Part shown: one piece after another, positions 39,356 to 52,254 of the stretch
Position numbering within the stretch: position 1 is the stretch's first letter
How the letters are laid out: each line of letters begins with the position of its first letter
NCBI GenBank assembly: GCA_951406725.2
Contig: OX597819.1
Coordinates: 45,942,001-46,006,000 of the forward strand
DNA length: 64,000 bases
DNA from: Octopus vulgaris
Taxonomy: Eukaryota
Reading direction: 5' to 3'
The notes under the pieces: generated by a model
Told to the model about the DNA's origin: nothing
The model's database searches: none
The model's input: only the letters and a program-made list of their open reading frames with translations
Made by a program: the position numbers and the translations under genes

Positions 39356-39798
39356 GTATATAATTGTGTGTGAGTGCGAGTGCGAGTGTATACGTGTAGG
39401 TAAGTACGCATTTACTTAAATATATATGCATTTACGGTTAAGCGTTAATTTATACAGGAAATGAAGCAATTTCATATCTGTATATTTATGTATACACACA
39501 CACATACACAAACACACACACACACATATATATATATGTATGTATGTATGTATGTATACATACATATATGTATATATGTGTACATATATATTTACATATA
39601 TATATATATATATATATGAGGAAAGACTGAGGAGAGAGAGAATGTGTGTGTGTGTGTGAGAGAGATAGAGATAGAGAAAGAGCGTAGGAGAGAGAGAGAG
39701 AGACACATTGACAAACACAGTTATTGATTAATTGAGGCATTGTAGGACACAGAAAAAGAGAAATCGTGATTAGAGCAATACACACAAATTCTAACGCG

Positions 39799-39865
<67 letters not shown>

Positions 39866-39904
39866 CAAACACACTCTGATACATATGCACCTCTAATATA
39901 TGCA

Positions 39905-39959
<55 letters not shown>

Positions 39960-40049
39960 ATATATGCATGTATGTAGTATATGTCTGTGTGGGAGTGTGT
40001 ATATTTGTGTGTGTGCTGGGTGTGTAAATCTGTGTGTGTGTGTGTTTGC

Positions 40050-40089
<40 letters not shown>

Positions 40090-41369
40090 ATGTGTGTGTG
40101 TGTGTCTGCGTTCTCTATATCTGCGTGTCCAAATGTGGGTGTACGTTTCTCAATAGGTTGGAAAACACCAATGCATTAAAGACAGCCATTATCATGAACT
40201 TTTGGCTGTAAATACCAGAGAAAAGATTTTTTACAAGATGGCGGCTCTGGTTTCACTTCAAAAGAATCATATATCTTTGATATACGTGCAGAAGCCAACG
40301 AATTGCGTAGAGGTAAATATCGTGAAAGATAAAGGTGTACAACATACAAACAATAGCTTTTGTACTAAGTTGCTTGTTAGAAAATGGCGTCAATTATACA
40401 CACTTACACCCACACACATACCCACTGATATATGTGTAGAAAAGTATATGTATACACGTATAAATGTATAAGCTTATACACACGCACTCATATACGTATG
40501 CATACATATATATCTATGTTTATATAACATACATACATATATATATATACACATATATATATACATATATATATATAATACAATATTTTATGTACACATA
40601 CATATCTTTGTGCACATTTTTATATAGCGGTTAATGTGCGTGGCGGTATGTGTATCTGCGTGTTGATATCCATGTACACAAAGTATACGTATGCATATAT
40701 GCATTCATTTATACACGCGCACACACACACAGATGTACACAGATACGTATACATACATACATACATATATATATATATATATGTGTGTGTGTGTAAATAT
40801 GTGTGTCTCTCTGTGTGTGTATGTATTCATATATATATATATGCATATAATATATTCATAAGCATGTATATATATATATCCTAAATCCCACGTCTATACA
40901 CCATCACGTATACACATGTACATGGGATGGTAAATTTTGTCTTGGCAATTGAAATGTGGAAAACGTGTATGTGGCATGGACGACCCTCAAGTAAATTCGA
41001 AACGCGTTTGTCCTCCTCCTGAATTGCTTTTGCAATGATTTCTGTCACTTGCTTATGTATGTCGTTTTCTGCACGCATCTCTATGAAGAAATTCTCGCTC
41101 GGACAATAAACAAACTAGCATGCCTTTCAAACGCACGGTATGCATTTGTTATGATGCACCAACGTCTTTGTATATACATGCGTATATGCATAAACACACT
41201 CGAACGCTTAGGCATACTAATAGATACGCACACGCATATACACACATGCACATACACCCATCTATACAGACATATATGTGAGTGTGTGTTGGGGGTGCGT
41301 GTGTGTGTTGGGGGTGCGTGTGTGTATTGGGGGTGCGTGTGTGTGCATGTATCTATGTGTCTGTGCTTG

Positions 41370-41790
41370 TACTTCCATTACCGCTTGACAATTGGCATTG
41401 GTGTGTTTACGTCCACATAACCTAGCAGTTCAAGGAAAGAAACCGATAGAATAAGTTTTAGGCGAGCTGGCAGAAACGTTAGCACGCCAGACGAAATGCT
41501 TAGCGGTATTTCGTTTGCCGTTACGTTCTGAGTTCAAATTCCGCCGAGTTCGACTTTGCCTTTTATTCTTTCGGGGTCGATAAATTAAGTACCAGTTACG
41601 CACTGGGCTCGATGTAATCGACTTAATCCCTTTGTCTGTCCTTGTTTGTCCCCTCTATGTTTAGCCCCTAGTGGGCAATAAAGAAATAAGCATAAGGATT
41701 AGGCTGTAGAATGTCTTGTGGTCGATTTGTTTGACTAAGGCAATTCAAGGCGACGTTCCAGCATGGCCGCAGTCAAATGACTGAAACAAA
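41370..41790 (+). mobile_element. Family A SINE 3' half with a full family B SINE nested at 41461-41690
   Basis: Family A sequence stops at ACCGATAGAATAAGT and resumes near 41700, on either side of a complete family B copy. Confidence 0.85.
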
Positions 41791-42467
41791 GAACTGTATG
41801 TGTGTGTGTGTTACATATGTGTTTGCATCTGAATATCTATACATGGTTTTATTGCCTTATGTATCTATACATCTATACATCTTTTCTGTTACGCTGTTAT
41901 GAACGTATGAATGACACTTTTAATTTTAGAGGAAGTAGTTTCTCTTCTCCTGAAATGTTTTCTTTCCAGCCTACACTTGCTTCCTCTTGTAGTTTTTGTC
42001 TCTTTATAATATTGATTTTGTATCTGGTATGTTTCTTTAAATTATTTCAATGATAATCGATAACTTCTTTATCTATATTATCTTTCGGTAGTGATCATCA
42101 TCAGAGGGTAATGGTGATTTTTCTTAATCGGTCTCAGCAACCGGACAAAAGTTTGATAGTTCTTTCTTTAAAAGTGTTTTACAAAAAAATTCGAAGTTAA
42201 TAAATTTGGCGTTAAATATAGCAACCAGTTACAAGGGGAGATAATTATGGGAAAGAGAAGAGAATCAGTAAAAAATTTGCAGAACACGATCCCCTCACAG
42301 GAAACGGATTCAAATCCTCACAGTCAATGTTGTATTAGTGAAAATGTCCCCAAACAAAACATCATCGCAATCACCATTAACACAACTGTCACACTACAGC
42401 TAATTATTATGCCTTTGTATAATAAAACCATCACTGCGGCTGTTACAATGAAACTCACATTGTTTAA

Positions 42468-42822
42468 AGCGAGTTTTCCAAGCATATTTTCATCTATGGG
42501 CCCCTTTTGGTTACAATTTTATTCTGTTGAACCCCCATAGTCATTCGATGTTTAAAAATTGGTTTTATAGAAACCTTCTTTCAAAATTCCTATTTTGTTT
42601 TTCATACAAAATTGTGTGGGTCAAATTATGCAAAATGTTAGATAAAGAAACCTAGCTGTTTCTTTTAATACATACCAATACATATATCTAAAGCAAAATA
42701 TTTCTGGAGCCCTTAAAATACTATTGTGGGTCCCCAATTTTCTATTTTGTTGTATGGACCCCCCAAAAATCTTATATCGACGCTCAAGGCCCATAGGAAC
42801 CCCGGTTGAAAACTTTTGGTTT
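42468..42822. mobile_element. Possible hAT-type MITE, decayed
   Basis: Ends GTTTTCCAA and TTGAAAAC, with internal GGCCCC/GGACCCC subterminal motifs. Confidence 0.35.
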
Positions 42823-43079
42823 AAAGTTTAGGAATAATGTTACCCTCAGAAGCAGTAACGTGTAACGACTGTTACAGCTTGAACAACCGTTATTACGAAC
42901 AGCAATACAACACAGAAATCACCAGCTTCACTAACGATGCCAACATCTGTTGTAACAGTTAAGTGAACAACAAAACTAAATCACTCGGTCTTTGTGTATG
43001 TGTGTGACCAGAGCTGATAGAAAATTTCACCGGGCTTTCATCAAAAGTTGAAGAGTGCGCACAAGGAGACGGGCAATGG

Positions 43080-43440
43080 AAGGAAGAAGTGTCTCTTGTT
43101 GCAATCATGAAAATAACACAAGACCAAAGGGATAGACTGACTGAGTTTAAGGAAGAGCAGAAAGCGCAGCACGTACAGGGACACGAACATGAAGATAAAC
43201 AGTTGAAAACGTATAATGAAATAATGGAGACTAGAACAGTTTTGTGCTGCCGAGTGTTCGGAAATGGTGGACACGTACCGAATTTTGAAAATGGCCAAAC
43301 CTCCAGAGTTGCTCTTTCGGGAATGTGTGTGCCTGCAGGTGGTCAAGAGACAATTTTGGATACCGGACGGAATCATGAGGATCCAGTATTTGGCCCCGAT
43401 CCAGCGAAGTACAAGACTGCGGTAGACTTCCCATTGCACA
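43080..43440 (+). mobile_element. Possible RTE-clade LINE C-terminal remnant
   Basis: GGHVPNFENGQTSRVALSG..GGQ resembles W.GHV.RM...R.P...L.G...GGQ. Confidence 0.4.
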
Positions 43441-44594
43441 AATATGATGAAAGGTAAAGTCTATCCTGGTGACACTTGAACACAGAACGTAATGTCATAA
43501 GAAATGCCACTAAGCAGTTTGTGTCACTCGGTAATGATTCTGGAAGTTCCCCCCCTTAGGGAATGAAAATATTGCCAACAAAATATCCTTCCAAACTGCT
43601 CACAATGTTTCACTTACTGGCGATGAGTGGACGAAAACCTAGGTGACACATGACATAGAGCCAGCCACTGGAGTGCCGCCTGCCCACAACAAAAAAGCAG
43701 AACAAACGTTGAGTCGTTTTGCTGCTAACATCGCAGTCATAATAGTGACAGAAACAGTACTAATAGCAATGCCAAAGATCAGAGCATATACCGAAGGATT
43801 GTGAATATTGTAAGAACAAAGGACCCATTTCGGAGCCGAATGGTGTTGTGCGTTCTAGAAAAAAATACCTAATGTCACATTGCTCCAGTTCACTCAATTG
43901 AAAAATGGTTGCATCTGCCTTCGAGTGGTGCATCTCAGAAGGTTACCAAGGAAAAAGGTTTTTCGAATGCAAGATGCCGACAACCTTTTGTGGCAACACC
44001 GACTTAGATAATGATCGACAAACTTTTAAGATTTAATCTGTTATAAATTTATGCGAGTAAGTTTGACACACCACTGAGCGAGGAGCCATCTTTTTAGGTT
44101 ATCATATTCGGTTTCAAAAATGTTGATGTTATATCTTCTACTTTCTGTGTGTCTACATATGTGTGTGTATGATTGGCTTTGTATTTATGCTCCTAGTGCT
44201 TGGATGCGTCAGATTGTTTAAGCATATGTCTGTGTCTATGTATCTATATGTCAATGTGTGTCTGATTAGGTTTGTATGTGCTTTCTTTTTGTATGTTTTT
44301 ATTCAGAAGAGTCTCAAAATCAATTCGTTGGCTATTGTATTTTTTCTTTTCTATTCTTTTAAATGTTTTTCTCTTTGTTCTTTATTATATAATTTTTCAG
44401 TGAATGTAAATATTTTTGAGTGAATGTAGGGTCAGGACAGTGCAAACAAATTTAATTTATATACACCCGTACTCATAGACATATAATTTATAAACACCCG
44501 TACACAGACACTCACGCATGTATGGATATATGTTTATGTTTACATGTATGTGTGTGCGTGTTTATGAGCACGTTTATTTATATATGCGCATATA

Positions 44595-44675
<81 letters not shown>

Positions 44676-44697
44676 TATACATACACACAAATATATC

Positions 44698-44743
<46 letters not shown>

Positions 44744-45664
44744 ATATATATATATGTGTGTGTGGCTGCATGTAGTCAAAGTTAATTGCATCATACTGAA
44801 CGGATAATTTGCATACACAAAAAGGTCATAAACATATGCACATATACTTACAAATGAAACACACACACGCATAATCAGACACACACACACGAAAACACAT
44901 ATATATATAAATGCGTGTATGTATGCATTTATGTATGTATGTATGTATGTATGTATGTATGTATGTATGTATGTATGTATGTATGATGTATGTATGTACA
45001 TATGTATGTACTCGCGCACATACATGTACGTGTGTATGCGTGTGGATATGTACGCAGCATGTATTTATCTGTACGTTTGTGCGCTTGTACGTATGTGTAT
45101 TTTCACACATGTAATGAAGAGAATTATTGTCTGCAAAGACGTGTCTCCCAACGTGTTAACATCTATTATTTCACTTGTTATGAATTTGTTAAATAAACAA
45201 AAGTCTAAATTGTTTCAGTACACGTGACCTTAACTGAGAAACAATAGTGCCATGGTTTTCCGTTTATTTGTTTATATTCATTGGATTGCAAGCAAACTGG
45301 AGTACCAAATTGAAAGCATTCTAGCCCAACTATTTTACCCGCAGTACTTGTGCTTTATAATGATCTGGTAATTTTTGTATCGTTGTTTTTCACTGAACTG
45401 CTAAGTTACTTGGACATAAACCGAAAGATATAAAGCGATGGAAAAGACAAAAGTAGACACAGACACACACGTACACAAACACACACACGCACACACATAG
45501 ACCTACGTTGTAGACATACATGTCAATTACATTTATATCTATATATACAGATTGATTGATAGACAGGCAGTCAGTCAGTCAGACAGACAGACAGACGGAC
45601 GGACTGACGGACCGACAGACAGATAGATAGATAAATAGAGAGAGGTACAAGAATCTTATATATA

Positions 45665-45900
45665 TATACCATTCTGCCAAAATAATGGAAATAGAGATAG
45701 AATATCCCTGCATATCTCACATCTATTGTAATTTCTCCACTTCACTCTCTATTTCATAACTTATCTAGAATAAATATTTTCTCACACCGTATCCGATGGA
45801 GGGATGTATAAAATATCCCGGAAACAGCTGTAAGACCTATTTATAAATGTTCTGAAATCATTCACAGCCTTGGATTTTAATCCCATTCTGTTAGTTTATA
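45665..45900 (+). mobile_element. HHR element family H2, copy 1 (HHR 45789-45836, degenerate)
   Basis: GTAT-CCGATGG-A-GGGAT..ATCCC-G-GAAA-CAGCTG-TA-AGAC; homologous to 46665-46795; flanked by TA repeats. Confidence 0.75.
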
Positions 45901-45909
45901 TATATATAC

Positions 45910-46236
45910 GTCCCCTGCCCAATTCAAGATCACAACATACATGTACACTACAACATAATTTCTTTTCCTCAACAGGCCCTGCCCTATTTAACATTGTCCC
46001 GAGAGAGATCAAAGAGGAAAAGGATCCCATCAACTTTAAACAGAGTCTGGATAGATTCCTTCAAAGAATACTAGATAAGCCACCCATAATTGGATACAAC
46101 TCACCCAACAAGAACTCACTACTTGAACAAAACTTGACTTAAACAGGATTCGAATAATCCTATCAGGTGGTGCTATTAAGTTAGACATGGCCTGGACCAA
46201 TCTTTGGTCGAAACATATCTAAGTTTATCTAAGTTT
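45910..46236 (+). mobile_element. 3' end of a CR1/L2-like LINE
   Basis: FFSSTGPALFNIVPREIK..NFKQSLDRFLQRILDKP..GYNSPNKNSLLEQ, then 3' UTR and tandem tail (ATCTAAGTTT)x2. Confidence 0.85.
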
Positions 46237-46447
46237 ATATATATATATATAATGTTATGAATAGCGGGAAAATATAGAATGATGAAATTTATTTGACCAT
46301 CAGAAAATCTTCTTTAACGACAATTGTTTCGCAATTTTATAATGCATGTATAGTTAATTTATTTTATTACATTTTAAATAAACAATAAATTATATATATA
46401 TATATATATATAGAAAGAGAGGGAGATGAAGAGGGAAAGATAGATAG

Positions 46448-46498
<51 letters not shown>

Positions 46499-46539
46499 AT
46501 ATAAATATGTACACACACACACACTGACACACACACACA

Positions 46540-46795
46540 TATATAGATTGATGGTATGAGAGGTAATGGTGTGAAGAAGACCCAAAGGTGTCAGGTAATG
46601 CTGAGTAGGTGCTATGGACATACTATAGTTAAGCTCCAGGTTCGGTGATTATGCGTGCTTAACCATTTTCTCGCACCGTCTCCGATGAAGGGATATATAT
46701 ATAAAATATCTCTGAAACAGCTGTAAGACCTCTTTAAAATGTTCTGAAATCTTTCATAGCCTTGGATTTTTATCTCAATCTGTTAATTTTTTAAT
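46540..46795 (+). mobile_element. HHR element family H2, copy 2 (HHR 46678-46729)
   Basis: GTCT-CCGATGA-A-GGGATAT..ATATCTC-T-GAAA-CAGCTG-TA-AGAC. Stem I GTCT/AGAC, palindromic stem III, triplet GUA. Confidence 0.8.
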
Positions 46796-46822
46796 ATAGG
46801 TATATATGTATATGTATCTGTG

Positions 46823-46879
<57 letters not shown>

Positions 46880-47580
46880 TTGTGTGCGTGCGTGCGTGTG
46901 TGTGTGTGTGCGTGTGTGTACATGTTTATATATGTATGTATCTATCTTTACGTGTATATATATATATATATATATACATACATATACATATATCTATCTA
47001 CCTACATATATATGTATATATGTATATATGCTACTTTTATATGCTACTGGTCTCACAACTAAGTTTTAAATTATATTGTTAAAACTGAAACAACTGCCTG
47101 ATTACATGAAGAATGAACTATGTATGATAGTCACGTAACCTACATGATGCAAATGTGTATGTATGTATGTATTTATGCATGTAGCAGTGGTGTATATGTG
47201 TGAGCGTCTGTGTGTGTCTGTGTATGACAGTGAAACCGACGATATATAGAACAAATTCATTAGTTCTGAAATATCACGCCATCACATTCTCCCTTCACAT
47301 ATCAATCCCGTATCAGGCCGTCTAGTCACTAGCTATATAGGAATTCATCATTAGTGTTTACTTAATGTGTATAATGTATGCATCGCATAGATTATGTACA
47401 TGAGCATATAAAACAAGCAATGCATACATTATTCGTGTGGTATCATATGTCAGTCAAATAGTTATTTCTGTAAATTGTTTGTGGTATTTGTTTTATATTT
47501 ACACATATATGTATTCACCTCTAAAATAATATAAACGAGGGAATATCACACCAATGATATAATAAACATTGAAGACATAT

Positions 47581-47625
<45 letters not shown>

Positions 47626-47926
47626 AGAAAGAGAGAGAGAGAGAGCATGTTTGCGGTTTGTCTTACAGTATTTTTCAAGTATTTTAAACGTCGTTTAAAT
47701 ATTTATATATGTCGGTTTTTATTACTGACATCTTATAGGTTTATGTTTTAATTACTTTCCTTGTTTTAAACATTTGTCTTTTTCCCCACCCCTCTTCATT
47801 TATTTATTAATTTATTTTATTTTATTTTATTTTATTTATTATTTTTTTGTTCATTTGCGCTGCTTTTGTTGATGTCGTTAGTGATATTGTTATTTGAAGT
47901 TCATTTTTGTGCATATTTCGGAATAT

Positions 47927-47987
<61 letters not shown>

Positions 47988-48007
47988 ATGCTCTCACACA
48001 TAGTCGC

Positions 48008-48039
<32 letters not shown>

Positions 48040-48141
48040 ACACATACATACATATATATACAGATACGTACATATATATATACATACATATATATGTACA
48101 TACATATACACACACACACATATATATATATATACATACAT

Positions 48142-48194
<53 letters not shown>

Positions 48195-48249
48195 CAAATG
48201 CGTGTGTATGTGTTTGTATGTATGAGTGTTTGTGCGTGTGTGTGTATAT

Positions 48250-48745
48250 AAAATGCTATATAAAAAGCTGTTGCGCTAACGTATCGTGGAGGAAACAACA
48301 ACAGTATTTATGATGCTCTATAACAATACCAAATCAATGGTAAGGTCCCGAGACCCAGTTACAAGTTTCTTCGATATCAAACCCAATGCACTCCAAAGGG
48401 ACACATTGGTATATTCTCTGTTCGTGATCGTTCTGGATTATATCCGCAAAACAAGACTTAACACTCTAAATATACTCGGCTTCACGCGTGAAAAGGCGAT
48501 CTATTGGACATCCAGCTCAACACCTAACAGATGTAGACTACGGTGTTGATTTAGCCTTCCCTCTCTGACAGAATATCAAGCTCCACCCAGTTACTTCATA
48601 GTCTCGTATGAGCTATACAAGATCTTGGACTACTTGTTAATCTCAGTAATAACCAGGTTTATTGCTCACAAAGAACAAGTATGCATCACCAACATCAGTG
48701 GAGACCCCATCAACGAAGTTAATGATTTCACGCACCTCGGTACGT
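48250..48745 (+). pseudogene. RTE-clade reverse transcriptase fragment
   Basis: MLYNNTKSMVRSRDPVTSFFDIKPNALQRDTLVYSLFVIVLDY matches LY..T...V.SPDG.T..F.I..GVLQGDTLAP.LF.IVLDY; later EVNDFTHLG matches V..F.YLG. Confidence 0.85.
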
Positions 48746-48919
48746 GAAATCATTAACTTCATAATTAAATAGCTTCATAATTAACTAGCATAATTAAATA
48801 GCTTGCCATCTCCATCTCGATATGTGATAGTACGTGATTTCACGAACTATCTCAGATAGCGCTAACTGAAGTGGATGTAAATATTCAGATATGTAAGATG
48901 GTAAGGCCATTCAAAGTAA

Positions 48920-49275
48920 ACCTCACACATGGTTCCAGCAAGATGCGGGCAGCTGCTCATACCTCAAGAGAAACAATGCATTTGCTGCAGTAGTGCTTTA
49001 GAGAGAGAATAATCTCTCGCTACGGCAATATCAACTAGCCTTCACGTTCCCCAGGATTGACTATCCCAGTTTTTTTCTTGTGGGGATACTTGAAAGAGAG
49101 AGTTTACATCAACAAACCGGAGACCTTGGTTCAACTGAAGGAAAACATCAATAGAGAAATCAGAGATGTGGGGTCTGAAACTATTGAGGGTGTGATGGTG
49201 CAAGTCTTGGAAAGAGCATTTGCTTGCAAAACCGAAAACGTCTGTCATTTAAGTAATGTCATTTTTCTTATGTAA
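48920..49275 (+). pseudogene. Tc1/mariner rosa-like transposase C-terminal fragment
   Basis: WFQQDA..AHTSRETM..PSRSPGLTIPVFFLWGYLKERVYINKPETLVQLKENI. Confidence 0.88.
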
Positions 49276-49338
49276 TGTGGTGTTGCAAAATTTGACTTGT
49301 GCATAATAATTATGTCCTTTTTATGGTATCAAAATTCT

Positions 49339-49402
<64 letters not shown>

Positions 49403-49403
<1 letters not shown>

Positions 49404-50245
49404 GATATGTAGAAAAATACAAACTGAGACAAGAACGCATAAAAACTTAGAAGACGATACAACAAACACAGACAGGACATTCGAAGCCCTCAGTCTTCAG
49501 TCAAGAACCGGATCATCGTAGTAATTTCGGCTGATTAATCTTGAGATTACTAGAACCGGCCAGCCCTCCAGGAAAAACTAAGCAACGAGCATTAGAAAAA
49601 CTAAGCTAGGAGTGTAGATTTCCTGGAAGAAGGATCGAATGCATACGAACACAGGGACAGCAAAACGGACGGTGCCACACGAATATAAAAAACAAAAAAC
49701 AATAATGAAATACAAAAACGTGAAATACAAAAGCAATAATGGTAAAAACAGCAAGTGTCTTACGACTAATAACAGTGTAAACAGGTCTGGCTGGCGTATT
49801 TTGGAAAAATTGCCTTAGCGGCGAATTGCCTTAGCGGCGAACGAGGACAACGATGTTTTCACGGCGCTGGTCAGAGGCCGAAAGGCAGATTTTGGCCAGC
49901 AGTCACGTGACAGAGAAGAGAGAAAAGAAAAGAAAGGAAAGAAAGGGAGGCAAAGGAAGGAAGAGAGAGAGAAGAGGGACGAAAGCAACAAGGGGGGAGA
50001 ATAGAGAGAAAGAAGGAATTAGAGAGGGTAGAAGGGATGGGTGTCAAAGATTGACCTGTGAGTGCAAAGGAAGACAAAGAAATGGAAGGGTAGGGGAAGA
50101 GTAGACCAACGAATCAGAGGCAAGAGAAGAGAAAAGGAGGATGAGTAGACAAACAGTGTAGAGTCGTACCAAATTTACAAGAATATGTGCTCACATAAGT
50201 GTTAAGGAGGGTACGTGACGCCAGGAATATATATTATGATATGTA
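49403..50245 (-). mobile_element. Family P1 copy 2: monomer of about 834 bp plus 9-bp redundancy
   Basis: Colinear with 28931-29751; TGATATGTA at 49403 and 50237. Confidence 0.85.
49494..49565 (-). ncRNA. Putative rearranged hammerhead, copy 2
   Basis: GGCTGG-CCGGTTC-TAGTAAT-C-TCAAGA-TTAA-TCAGCC-GAA-ATTACTA-CGAT-GATCCGG-T-TCTTGA-CTGAAGA. Confidence 0.72.
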
Positions 50246-51137
50246 TGTATATATTCATCGACGAATACCCAGTATTTAGGTTTCACACTCCATGTGAATT
50301 CTGTTTCGTGCTATTATATTTGCATCAGTTGTTAAGAGTCCAGAGCTTGGATGTTTCACAGCGTACATTTAGGAAATAAAGCGAAGTATGAGGGATTGTT
50401 TATAAGAATTTTCTTTATACTATCTTACATATGTTTTGTTAGCATAATTAAATAGCTTGCCATCCCCACCAGTGTTGATATTATCAATATTTCTTTAATC
50501 TAATAATTTTGCGTATAAACGTTAAACTTCTGACGATTTGACATGTCATGATTATGTAATTTTGAGTAACTTATAATCCCCTGCGTTGATGAAATATTCA
50601 TGAGATTGTGGGATTATGTAAATAAATATATTATAAACAAGGTCTCATTTTGTTCTAACGTGTATCTTTGTATGTGTATGTGTGAGCATTATATCTTGAA
50701 AAATAAACTAGAGAAATTGTCTCAATAACGCCAGTGCTATGAATATTAAGATGAATAAAGTTCTATCAGACTCCCTCGAAGATAAGTTCACGCTTTACTA
50801 AATTATCTTCCTGTGCAGGTCAGAGAAAACTCTGTACCGTTGTGCGTAGTTTTCAAAAACTCTCTAAAACTGATTTGCCATTAAGTAAGAGGTTGTCAAT
50901 ATAATGTGGTTGATGGAAAATATTTCTGGGAAACGCTTCACTTACAAAAACACAAATTTGGTAGTGTCTCATATATTATCTTACCCTTTTCTTTCAGCCT
51001 TTTAGGTTATTGGATTGTGGCTACCGCCTCGACGATTTTCGTTGCCTAAATCACGCCAAATATTTATTACAAGTCTAGTATTTATTCTCTTTTTTATCGA
51101 TCTTCTAAATTACAGTGAGCTAAATAAGACTACAACG

Positions 51138-51181
<44 letters not shown>

Positions 51182-51185
<4 letters not shown>

Positions 51186-51389
51186 ATCCAACATGAAAAC
51201 ACAAAGAGAAAACACAACAACGCGAGGACGTGGAACAAATATAGTATTATTGGACGCTCGAGAAGGATGGGAAGAAGGAGGGTTTTACGTTTCGAGCGGA
51301 GCTCTTCGTCAGAAACATAGGAAAAGGAAAGATCCAGAGAAGGGAAGACGGAGGAAAAAAATCGCCAACGGTACACACGCGGTCACATT

Positions 51390-51392
<3 letters not shown>
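51182..51392 (-). mobile_element. HHR element family H1, copy 2, with intact minimal HHR core at 51282-51316
   Basis: GTTT-CTGACGA-A-GAGC-TCC-GCTC-GAAA-CG-TA-AAAC; (TA)n on both sides. Confidence 0.88.
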
Positions 51393-51436
<44 letters not shown>

Positions 51437-51440
<4 letters not shown>

Positions 51441-51556
51441 CCTGCCCGCTTAGCCAGCGGGGTGGCGTCATTCGAAGGCTAAAACAATGCGAACGTATTG
51501 TGACCAGCGATGTGTAACTACATCTGATGAACTGGTCGGTCACGTGATCACGTGAT
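51437..51556 (+). mobile_element. SINE family C, 3' part
   Basis: Matches the reverse complement of 36061-36180; ends TCACGTGATCACGTGA then (TA)n. Confidence 0.85.
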
Positions 51557-51569
51557 ATATATATATAGT

Positions 51570-51960
51570 ATCTCACAGAATTATGTAAACAGAGGAAGGG
51601 CAGTGTCGAGGCAAGTCAGGTGGAACAATTACATATTTTTTTCGTTTTTGTTGTTGTATTCTTGTAATCATGAGGTTTCGATTAATAGTAGTGGGAATTT
51701 TTTCAATATCAGCTCTGCTCAATTGAAAATAAGTCCAGCTAAACAACAAAGTGAACAACGGATTAGCAATTGTATTTTTACGAATAGAAGTATGAATTTG
51801 AATATTTGCCCCAAAACAACGTATTTTGAAGGGGAGCACAAATCATCTGATTTAACACCGCCAGGCTTTTTTTCTGGGGAGCAAGTCAAGGATCAGTATA
51901 CAAGAATCGCCCGAAAACCATTAAATGCGTACTGCGGAGAGACCTTTTGAACACTCTGTA
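51570..51960 (+). mobile_element. Decayed Tc1/mariner fragment
   Basis: SSDLTPPGFFSGEQVKDQY resembles SPDLTP.DFFLWG.VK..VY; ends TTTTGAACACTCTG-TA. Confidence 0.5.
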
Positions 51961-52254
51961 TATACAACGAAACACAATGGAAATCTAACATGAAACAGCG
52001 GTATTTGAGTTCAGAGCGCAATGAGAGCTAATCAGACACCTATTGCTGTATTGAGTGCGTTATACACCGGAAAGTATTTAATGAACATATAGTTCATTTT
52101 GAAACCATTGCTAGAATGTCAGGTCTTTAGAATTTTGTTTACACTGAGGTCAAGTGTTATTATTTTAACAATTAGGTATTAAACTCAGAACTGAAATAAA
52201 ATGCAAGGTGCATTAACCAGCATACTACAAATTCCGATGTATTGAAATAATCTC

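Noticed and set aside
50295-50340. Minus-strand CTGATGC..GCAC-GAAACAG as a hammerhead remnant
   Set aside because: The core is incomplete and stems I and III could not be identified.
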